This document shows, piece by piece, positions 54,520 to 64,000 of a stretch of DNA of 64,000 nucleotides. Both the position numbers and the translations under genes were made by a program. Under the pieces are notes generated by a model. The model was not told the origin of the DNA and searched no databases. It worked only from the letters and a program-made list of their open reading frames with translations. The DNA is from Eledone cirrhosa. Its lineage: Eukaryota. Within the stretch, counting starts at the first letter, position 1, and each line of letters starts with the position of its first letter. The stretch covers positions 13,206,001 through 13,270,000 of the forward strand of contig OZ024745.1 in the NCBI GenBank assembly GCA_964016885.1, written 5' to 3'.

Positions 54520-54674
54520 TATGTGTCAATAATTGTCACAGGTGTAGTGTTTGTACCAGAGTTTTTAAGTCGCTGGCTGGACTAAAAAGTCACACTTGTT
54601 TAGCGCATCGGTAGGGGTTTTTCCTACATGGATATAAAGTTGTGGCCGTACTCGAAAACGAGTTGGCAGCCACC
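54520..54674 (+). mobile_element. RTE-derived non-autonomous element, copy 3 (3' 155 bp only)
   Basis: Zinc-finger and hairpin end matching copies 1 and 2, then (ATGT)n. Confidence 0.8.
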
Positions 54675-54767
54675 ATGTATGTATGTATGTATATATGTAT
54701 GTATGTATGTATGTGTAAATATGTAAATATGTATATACACATGTACATATGTATGTGTATGTATATG

Positions 54768-55116
54768 CGCCGGGACATAGAAATAGTCTGGCTGGATACC
54801 CGACCGTGCAGTTAAACCACTGGGGGTGAAGGGCCCCTAGCCTTTGTCAGGGCATTCTTCTAGGAGAAGGCAACTCAGGAAACTGGGATAACTCCGATAT
54901 AAAACCTGCGGTCAGTAGTTACCGATGATATTGATCTTTTCTTCTTTTCGAGTTATAGCTACTGTTGCTCAGAGAGTGGGATTGGCTCAGTGCACAGTCT
55001 TTCCTCACTTTAAAAAAGATCTTCACGCACAGGCATTGCACGATAGAATTAATTAATAATTATTAATAATGGTATATCGTGAAATGGCCATACTCGATAA
55101 TGAGGGGGCAGCCATC
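54768..55116 (+). mobile_element. Divergent subfamily of the RTE-derived element (no zinc-finger segment)
   Basis: Shares CTAGCCTTTGTCA..CTAGGAGAAGG, AGAGAGTGGGA.TGGCT, CACAGGCATTGC and the 3' TGGCC.TACTCGA..GAG..GGCAGCCA.C, followed by (ATGT)n. Confidence 0.7.
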
Positions 55117-55275
55117 ATGTATGTATGTATGTATGTATGTATGTATGTATGTATGTATGTATGTATGTATGTATGTATGTATGCATGTATGTATGTATGT
55201 ATGTATGTATGTATGTATGTATGTATGCATGTATGCATGCATGTATGTATGCATGTATGTATATATGTATATATG

Positions 55276-55925
55276 CTTATGATATGGGTGATATCTTTGA
55301 TGTTAATTTCGCAGAGTCTGTGTATGTTGTCACATCTAGGTGTTTTGCCTGCATCCCTATCTCTTTTGTGAATCAGGTATTTTGTACTTATTTCCTGTTC
55401 TTGGATTGCCAAAACATATCCTTCAAAGTGAGAGACAATATAACGGTTGTTTATCCAACTCAAACTAGTTTGCGTATCTATATTACTCTTACTTTGGAGC
55501 TTCCTGGTAGCACAGCCATGTATTATTCTTTGCTGATAAGTTTGCAGTTTTTCATCCATGCTGTGCAATTTCCTAGGGTGTGAATTTTTGATTATCATGC
55601 AGGGAGTATTTCTCAAGGAGTTCCTTCCCAACTCTCATAATGCTATCTGTCTCGTGTAGACATGCTTATTAAACTAGATGGGCTTCTACGCTTGGAGATT
55701 CGTAGATATGTGACACTCAAATGTTCTCTGCAATGGTGTTAAGTCCCTGCTACCCTGTTTACGTTTCAGGTAGAGGCGGTTTATATCGCTGTTGATGTGG
55801 AAATTGATGTGTTCGTTTCAGGCTTTAACATCGATGGTTCGGATTTCATCTAGCGTCCAATCGAGTATTCCAAATGTTGAGGAGAGGCACAACAAACACA
55901 TTGTGGACCACTGATTTATTGTGCA
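55276..55925 (-). mobile_element. Second, more decayed R4/Dong-like fragment
   Basis: INSDINRLYLKRKQGSR and SHFEGYVLAIQEQEISTKYL...RLCE..I.DITHIIS are homologous to the 53-54 kb element. Confidence 0.8.
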
Positions 55926-55949
55926 CAAAGAATTATGTTATATGTTTAG

Positions 55950-56230
55950 TTGAAGGCGGCTAAATTGGTTGTTAGAACGTCGGGTAGGATGTTTTGTGGT
56001 ATCCATTGCGGTTCTCTGCTCTCTGAGTTCAAATCTCGCAGAGGTCAAATTTACCTTTCATCCTTTTGAGTTCGATAAAAAAAATTACCTGTCTAGTATT
56101 GGGGTCGACATTTCCTCTATACCTCTTTCTCACTTCCTCACTCTCACTTTCTATCTTTCTCTGGAGGAAACCTACTGCAGTCAGACCTGAAGATGATTGG
56201 GCTTCGCTAGGCTTAAACAGCCTAAAAGAC
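55950..56230 (+). mobile_element. tRNA-derived SINE family A variant
   Basis: GGCGGCTAAATTGG head, GAGTTCAAATC B-box, CCTTTCATCCTTT..TCGATAAA core and the variant tail. Confidence 0.75.
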
Positions 56231-56467
56231 TGTATGTCAATACGACGCCCCTACGACTCCACCAGAAGGTACAGTACCATACCATAGCATACCATACCAT
56301 ATGTTTAGTTCATAAAATAAAGTCAAGTAATAGAGGCGATTTAATCAAATGCCCCCCCCCCCCCCCCCCCACCGGAAAATATGTCACCTTGTACGTATGT
56401 AAGAAATCCTTATTGAGAATATGTTAGAGATAAATATATAAATAAATGAATAAATAAATATACAAAC

Positions 56468-56654
56468 CGATTTGTTTATGAAGAGTTAAATTGTCACCAT
56501 GAAATGAAGAACAAACAGAAAGGGCATCAGAATTGATAGAACTGTTTTGACTATTGGCCAGTAGGTGGCGGTAGTGGAACAGTTCTTCCTTAAGTCTCAT
56601 GACTTCATCTTGAAGGTTTTGTTTCTCTTCTTTCAGATGTTTCACAAGGCTATC
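56468..56654 (-). CDS. Coding exon 3: DSLVKHLKEEKQNLQDEVMRLKEELFHYRHLLANSQNSSINSDALSVCSSFHGDNLTLHKQI
   Basis: Acceptor ctgttattttactAG|, donor TCG|GTttgt, 187 bp, phase 0/1; coiled-coil-like heptads. Confidence 0.82.
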
Positions 56655-57217
56655 CTAGTAAAATAACAGAGAAAGTAACAATTCTAACAAGGTTATCCCA
56701 GTAAAAAAGAAGAGAAAATAACAATTCTAAACATCTATTCAAAGTAACTGAATTACTAGATTATAAGTAGAAATAATTAATACATTTAACAAATTATTTC
56801 ATATTTCATATTTATGTTTTTAATATTGTTTTAATGAAATACTTGTTAAATACCACATGAAGTAAATGTGAAGCTCTACTGTCCCCACCCCTTTAGCAAA
56901 ATATAATTTCCCGAGGGTGAATGTTGGTTATGTCTCGTGAAATCCCGTCTTTCAGTATACAACTTAAAGATACGTTCACAAAAATTATTCAATATAAAAG
57001 TGGAAGCATTTGTTGAGTCCATAACTCCGTTGATATTTCCAACTATTCGCTAATGAAACCTCCGAGAACTATATTTTACTTCTCTAAATCAGAGGTCTGA
57101 TACTAATGTAAGAAACTAGGTTTAACTCGAGTCATAGAAGGTATCTCTTTATGGCTGCTTCACCTGTTCGAAATATCAATTAAATTTCCCTGAAATAACA
57201 TCCTACACTAAAAAATA

Positions 57218-57335
57218 TAATAATTGTTTCTACATTTGACACAAGGCCAGCAATTATCCCAGTGTATTACTGGTACTTTATTTTATCGACCCCGTAAGGA
57301 TGAAAGGCAAAGTTAACCTCGGCGGGATTTGAACT
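57218..57335 (-). mobile_element. SINE family A, 5'-truncated
   Basis: Core and tail match 35022 and 59033. Confidence 0.8.
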
Positions 57336-57371
57336 AAAAAATATAATAATGTATTCCTACAATGTGTAGAG

Positions 57372-57630
57372 GCTTTGTGGTAAGGGTGTTGGACTTATGA
57401 TTATAATGTCGAGGGTTCGATTGCTGGACTGGGTTGTGTGTTGTGGTCGTGAGTAAAACATTTCATTTCACGTTACTCCAGCATACTCAGCTGGAAATGA
57501 GTGCCAGAAATAGCTGGGGGCTTAACCCAGGGATGGACTGGCGTCCTGTCCAGGGGGAAGTCTTGTATTGGCAGTCGCTTAACGCTACGGAAATTGGGAT
57601 AAACACCGGCCTGATGAGCTTCTGGGTTGG
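57372..57630 (+). mobile_element. tRNA-derived SINE, family B
   Basis: TGTGGTAAGG A-box, GGGTTCGATT B-box and GATGGACTGGCGTCCTGTCCAGGG; a second copy lies at 60077. Confidence 0.8.
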
Positions 57631-57861
57631 AGACAGACTTTAGACTTACAACATAAGTGAAGGCCCACATCCTAGTGAAAAAAATGAGTACGGGTGCTAT
57701 AGGATAAAACTCCGGCATGATGAACTAAGGCATAAGAAAATGTTTAACTTATTAACATAGAACATATCTGTAATATGTTATTGCGATGGTTACAGCTAGA
57801 ACAGCTTCGTTCATAATCCAGTTCGATCAACAACAACTATCATCATTAATTATATACAAAA

Positions 57862-58065
57862 AGGGCGCTGGATTGGCAGAATCGGGAGAGCGTCGGATTA
57901 CATTTAGTTGAAGGCCTTTACATTCTGATTTCAAATTCCGCCGAGGATAGCTTTGTCTTTTTTCCCTACGGGATCGATAACATAAAGTACCAGTAACGCA
58001 CTGGGATCGATTTAATCGACTTCCCCTCCCCTACAAAAAATTGTTGACCTTGTGCCTAAATCAGA
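57862..58065 (+). mobile_element. SINE family A
   Basis: GGATTGGCAGAATCGG head, TTCAAATTCCGCCGAGG and a CCTTGTGCCTAAA tail. Confidence 0.8.
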
Positions 58066-58105
58066 GACCATTAATTATATTTAAGAAAAGATAGTTCTTA
58101 TTTAC

Positions 58106-58315
58106 CCTACATTCCTCTTTTAGAAGTGTTGATTGTGTTTGAAGCCAAGATAAGTGAGTTTTGGATACAAGATCTGGAACACTGCCACGTAACTGAACCA
58201 ATTCTATATGAAGGGACTCATTCATCTTCTGTAGCATATCCAGTTTCTGGGCCAAGTCAACGTTGCTCTCGGCATTAGGTTGACTTTTGGTCAGGTTTCT
58301 TATATCTTCAGACCC
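58106..58315 (-). CDS. Coding exon 2: GSEDIRNLTKSQPNAESNVDLAQKLDMLQKMNESLHIELVQLRGSVPDLVSKTHLSWLQTQSTLLKEECR
   Basis: Acceptor cttctatttcttataAG|, donor AGG|GTaaat, 210 bp, phase 0/0. Confidence 0.8.
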
Positions 58316-58437
58316 CTTATAAGAAATAGAAGTAGAGGAGGGATTAATGCTTATCAGAGTGTTGATTAAAACATTATTAAACTGACAAATGTTTCTGTCG
58401 GCATAGAATTTCAACCCCAATTATCTATACCCCCACC

Positions 58438-58439
<2 letters not shown>

Positions 58440-58514
<75 letters not shown>
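58440..58514. repeat. (TA)n microsatellite
   Basis: Direct reading. Confidence 0.98.
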
Positions 58515-58516
<2 letters not shown>

Positions 58517-58517
<1 letters not shown>

Positions 58518-58710
58518 CGACTCGGTTTGGATACTCCTGTCGCCATCATTTATGTTCTCCTGGTCATTCTTCCCTACATGTTTCAGTCCTGGGTGTCTTT
58601 TTACATCATGGATCAAAGGCCTCGCGTACCAAGACTGAACAAAGTCTGATTCACTGCCTTGGGTTCTATTCCCCTCTTGGACTCAACTCAGCTCCCCAAT
58701 TTCTCTAATA
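58517..58710 (+). mobile_element. Penelope-like element fragment (GIY-YIG endonuclease C-terminus)
   Basis: With one frameshift it reads TPVA.HLCSPGHSSLHVSVLGV...RTKTEQSLIHCLGFYSPLGLN, matching the PVA.HF...H...R...E..LI..LG...P.GLN pattern of Penelope-like endonucleases. Confidence 0.7.
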
Positions 58711-58872
58711 TCCCGTCAATTATCACACCCCTAGATTCCTATCGCTTTCTCTTGATCATTAACATCTTACAACTAATACATGCCGACTATATATGCTCAC
58801 TCCACTATCAAGCGTTAACCTAATATATCCCTTCCATATACTGTACCTATTGTGTTGTTATTTCTGTTTATC

Positions 58873-58945
<73 letters not shown>

Positions 58946-59032
58946 ACTCTCAATTCATTTAATTCTATAAGAGAATGAGGAGGTAGGAAATAATTTTGTT
59001 TAATTATTTCCTTTCTAGTGATTAGAAAACTC

Positions 59033-59225
59033 AGTAATAATATTTGTTTCTACTTTAGGCACAAGGCCAGCAAATTACCCAGTGCATTACTGGTACTTTA
59101 TTTTATCGACCCCGTAAGGATGAAAGGCAAAGTCAACCTCGGCGGGATTTGAACTCAGATCGTAAAGGGACGTAACTATGCTGGAAAGCATGGCGTCCGA
59201 CCTTCTACCGATACTGCCAATCCAA
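59033..59225 (-). mobile_element. SINE family A, well preserved
   Basis: Full head, core and tail, as at 35022. Confidence 0.88.
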
Positions 59226-60076
59226 ATAATATTAATCTATTTTCAGTGTATTTAGATGTCAGTTCTGGATCGATTCCCTAGAGATCGATAAAAAAGAGAC
59301 ATTTGAATACACAGAAGATAGATTAAACGTATCATTACTTGTTCGTTTTTTAAAACTTTTATCAAGAAAGTTACATAAAGGATTACCAGCTTCGTTCTTT
59401 AACACAGGTGAATGAACTCCGATGGACCGTGAGTGTATAAATGTGTGTATGTATGTAGCCGTCCCCTATATATATATCAGGTTTTTATATAGAAACTATG
59501 TAATATGACAGCTGCAGGTTGATAACATCTGTCACCACCCATTTCGTGGCTGTTGCGCTCCGGTTTGGTGTGCCGCGTTTGGAGGGTGAGTGCGGTTTAG
59601 CTTGGTAGGAGTCATGAGTGCAGGTTGGCGTTCGGTCTAAGGTGTTTGCTCAGTGTTTGCGGACAGATTAAAGAAACAGCGTTCTTATTTACGTGTGTAT
59701 ATATAAACAGCAAAATCGTCCTCAAATCTCTCCCTACTGTCTTTAAAAAAAGGGACGGATGCAGGCCTGCCAACCTCTAAAAACCCAAACGGGGAGTACC
59801 ACAAAAAAGTGCCCCAAATCGGGGAGAAATAAGGCAAAATGGAGAGATTTTCTATGATGAAAGCTATACCTATTTTCATAAGAGAAGACATCTCTCAACC
59901 ACCCCAAAGTGGGTGAGAGGTATCCCCGTCGGACGAGGAGAGCTTACAAGTCTGCAAATGGAATATTGAGGTTAACACCTTGGATACACTAAGTCTGAAA
60001 AGAAATACCGTCATGAGGTTTGCAGAATCGAACACATTTATTTCTATAACAGTTTTCCATTATGGCTACAGTCAAT

Positions 60077-60340
60077 GGCGCGTGGTTTTGTGGTAAAGGT
60101 GTTAGACTTACGGTCATAAGGTCTTGCATTCGATTCCTTGACTGGGTTTTGTGTTGTGTCCTTGAGCAAAACACTTTATTTCATGTTACACTTGTATACT
60201 CAGTTGAAAATGAATACCAGCAATAGTTGGGGGTTTAAGCCTGCGATGGACTGGCGTCCTATCCAAGGGAAGTCTTGCACTCGCAGTCGCTTAATGCCAT
60301 GAAACTGGGATAAACACCGGCCTGGTGAGCATTAGACTTT
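60077..60340 (+). mobile_element. tRNA-derived SINE, family B
   Basis: GGCGCGTGG..TGTGGTAAAGG, TTCGATTCC, GTGTCCTTGAGCAAAACACTTT and CTGCGATGGACTGGCGTCC. Confidence 0.82.
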
Positions 60341-60389
60341 TTTTTTTAGATACAAACTTTAGTCACCTCTGTCAGCCCATTGTAAAAGA

Positions 60390-63012
60390 GTAGCAACAAC
60401 AACAGCTACATTATCATCAACAGCAATAACAACAACAGTAACAACAACAACAACAACAGTAATAACATCAACAACAACAGTAACAACAACAGTAACAACA
60501 ACAACAACATTAATAACATCAACAACAACAGTAACAACAGTAACAACAACAATAGTAATAACATCAACAACAACAACAGTAACAACAGTAACAACAACAG
60601 TAACAACAACAACAACAACAGTAACAACAACAACAACAGTAAAAACAACAACAATAACAACAACAGTAACAACAACAGTAACAACAACAGTAACAACAAC
60701 AACAACAACAACAACAGTAACAACAACAACAGTAATAACAACAACAGCAGTAACAACAACAACAGTAACAACAACAACGGCAGTAACAACAACAACAGTA
60801 ACAACAACAACAGTAACAACAACAGTAACAACAACAGTAACAACAACAGTAACAACAACAACAGTAACAACAACAACAGCAGTAACAACAACAACAGTAA
60901 CAACAACAACAGTAACAACAACAGTAACAACAACAGTAACAACAACAGTAACAACAACAACAACAACAACAACAGTAACAACAACAACAACAGTAACAAC
61001 AGTAACAACAACAACAGTAACAACAACAGTAACAACAACAGTAACAACAACAGTAACAACAACAACAACAACAGTAACAACAACAACAACAGTAACAACA
61101 ACAGTAACAACAACAACAGTAACAACAACAACAACAACAGCAACAACAACAACAACAACAACAACAACAGCAACAACAACAACAGTAACAACAACAAGAG
61201 TAACAACAACAACAGTAACAACAACAGTAACAACAACAACAGTAACAACAACAACAGTAACAACAACAACAACAACAACAGTAACAACAACAACAACAAC
61301 AGTAACAACAACAGTAACAACAACAGTAACAGCAATAGTAACAGCAACAGTAACAACAACAGCAACAGTAACAACAACAGTAACAACAACAACAACAGTA
61401 ACAACAACAGTAACAACAACAACAGTAACAACAACAACAACAACAACAGCAACAACAACAACAGTAGCAACAACAACAGTAACAACAACAACAACAACAA
61501 CAACAGTAACAACAACAACAGTAACAACAGCAACAGTAACAACAACAACAGTAACAACAACAGTAACAACAACAACAGTAACAACAACAGTAACAACAAC
61601 AACAACAGTAACAACAACAGTAACAACAACAACAGTAACAACAACAACAGTAACAACAACAACAGTAACAACAACAGTAACAACAACAACAGTAACAACA
61701 ACAGTAACAACAACAACAACAGTAACAACAACAACAACAACAGCAACAACAACAACAACAACAGTAACAACAACAGTAACAACAACAGTAACAGCAATAG
61801 TAACAGCAACAGTAACAACAACAGCAACAGTAACAACAACAGTAACAACAACAACAACAGTAACAACAACAGTAACAACAACAACAGTAACAACAACAAC
61901 AACAACAACAGCAACAACAACAACAGTAGCAACAACAACAGTAACAACAACAACAACAACAACAACAGTAACAACAACAACAGTAACAACAGCAACAGTA
62001 ACAACAACAACAGTAACAACAACAGTAACAACAACAACAGTAACAACAACAGTAACAACAACAACAACAGTAACAACAACAACAACAACAGCAACAACAA
62101 CAACAACAACAGTAACAACAACAGTAACAACAACAGTAACAGCAATAGTAACAGCAACAGTAACAACAACAGCAACAGTAACAACAACAGTAACAACAAC
62201 AACAACAGTAACAACAACAGTAACAACAACAACAGTAACAACAACAACAACAACAACAGCAACAACAACAACAGTAGCAACAACAACAGTAACAACAACA
62301 ACAACAACAACAACAGCAACAACAACAACAGTAACAACAACAACAGTAACAACAACAGTAACAACAACAACAACAGTAACAACAACAGTAACAACAACAA
62401 CAGTAACAACAACAACAGTAACAACAACAACAGTAACAACAACAGTAACAACAACAACAGTAACAACAACAGTAACAACAACAACAACAGTAACAACAAC
62501 AACAACAACAGCAACAACAACAACAACAACAGTAACAACAACAACAGTAACAACAACAGTAACAACAACAACAGTAACAACAACAACAGTAACAACAACA
62601 GTAACAACAACAGTAACAACAACAACAACAGTAACAACAACAGTAACAACAACAACAGTAACAACAACAACAGTAACAACAACAGTAACAACAACAACAG
62701 TAACAACAACAGTAACAACAACAGTAACAACAACAACAGTAACAACAACAGTAACAACAACAGTAACAACAACAACAACAGTAACAACAACAACAACAAC
62801 AGCAACAACAACAACAACAGTAACAACAACAACAGTAACAACAACAGTAACAACAACAGTAACAACAACAACAACAGTAACAACAACAGTAACAACAACA
62901 GTAACAACAACAGTAACAACAACAACAACAGTAACAACAACAGTAACAACAACAACAGTAACAACAACAACAGTAACAACAACAGTAACAACAACAGTAA
63001 CAACAACAACAT
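60390..63012. repeat. 2.6-kb (AAC)n array punctuated by AGT/AGC, with internal block duplications
   Basis: Direct reading; the marker AGCAATAGTAACAGCAACAG recurs at about 61331, 61793 and 62141. Confidence 0.98.
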
Positions 63013-63014
63013 AC

Positions 63015-63409
63015 CTCATTGACGGATGGATCTATTTTCTTTTCAAACATGGGAAGAATGTTGGAACCATTTGACATGTCTATTACATGCATCTGTTGTT
63101 GTTGTTGTTGTGGCTGTAGTGGTTCTTGTTGTGGTTGTAGTGGTTGTTGTAATTGTAGTGGTTGTAGTGGCTGTTGTAATTGTAGTGGTTGTAGTGGTTG
63201 TTGTAACGGTTGTTCTTGAAATACCAATAGTTGCCGGCCCTGCTCATGGTAGTAGCCCTCCATCTCCTCCTCCCCCTGTTGTACATTATGAGCTGTACGA
63301 TACAGTGATACTGTTGGGGCTGTAGTACCAGCTGTATTGAAAGACAACAGTTCATTGCTGGAATTACAGTCCCCATCTCTGCTCTTCTGCTCAGGAATCA
63401 CTGCTATTT
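63015..63409 (-). CDS. Coding exon 1 in this window (gene continues upstream): ..IAVIPEQKSRDGD...QPLQ/poly-Q...KKIDPSVNE
   Basis: Acceptor gtacatttcAG|, donor GAG|GTatgt, 395 bp, phase 1/0. Non-repetitive open frame with an internal QPLQ repeat. Confidence 0.75.
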
Positions 63410-63822
63410 CTGAAATGTACAATAATCTCTTATAAAACAAAACATGATTTTGCAAGATTTTTCATATGAAATCATGTGTTGAAATAGACACTGTTATATT
63501 TGGGGAAGGAATGTCCTAATATTGCCAAAAATAGTAAAACACACTTTTTGGTTTACATTGATTGACTCTCTACTTGCAGTATTGAGTACTGTCTTTTCTC
63601 CATTTTATCTACATGGAAGCATTTATATTAAAGTGTTTACACACACATACCCACATATACGCATACACGCACATGTGTAAATATATATATATATATATAA
63701 ATATATATATAAAGAATTAATATCTAGTAACATATATATACATACAGATGCATATCAATGCTAGCAAATATATAGGTTTTGTCTTAGTAACTTTGTGGTT
63801 CAATGCATGGGGTTGCAGAACA

Positions 63823-63876
<54 letters not shown>

Positions 63877-64000
63877 CGATAAGGGACCGAATACCAACGC
63901 AAAGGAATTTTCTAAGGAGAATTACGGGTTTAAATCCTGCAAAAACCCGCCAAACAACCCCGCACTCGATTGCCTTCGAGCTGGACCTTATGAACATGAT

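Noticed and set aside
54520-54690. Long target-site duplication of the R4 element (copy of 52328-52500)
   Set aside because: Copy 3 shares several diagnostic bases with copy 1 rather than copy 2, so it looks like an independent truncated insertion.
57372-57440. Functional tRNA genes at SINE heads (also 60077)
   Set aside because: A and B boxes are present but there is no complete cloverleaf, and the sequence continues into the SINE body.
59499-59709. Solo LTR (TG...CA with ATTAAA)
   Set aside because: No target-site duplication and no second copy to support it.
60359-63012. Poly-Val/Thr, poly-Leu and poly-Cys ORFs of about 870-960 aa
   Set aside because: These are translations of an intronic trinucleotide array that begins at a consensus donor.

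Overview
Eukaryotic, AT-rich, repeat-dense animal DNA; the SINE repertoire suggests an octopod cephalopod (inference). Bases 1-34373 are one giant head-to-tail array of a 39-bp unit (about 880 copies, open at the left edge), with nested multi-kb duplications at offsets of 7990 and 4286 bp. The long minus-strand ORFs there are by-products of the repeat. The array ends in unique DNA exactly at an exon/5'-splice-site-like junction. From 38.1 to 63.4 kb I reconstruct eight phase-consistent minus-strand coding exons, about 600 aa of the 3' part of an unidentified protein with a Gln-rich segment and probable coiled coils. The introns contain mini- and microsatellites, tRNA-derived SINEs, RTE and Penelope-like fragments, a Tc1/mariner-type MITE, a well-formed minimal hammerhead ribozyme beside a 61-bp palindrome, and a (TATG)n hotspot where non-autonomous RTE-derived modules alternate with R4/Dong-clade LINE pieces. 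A Tx1/L1-like fragment lies downstream of the gene. All calls are from reading the sequence by eye; no database searches were run.
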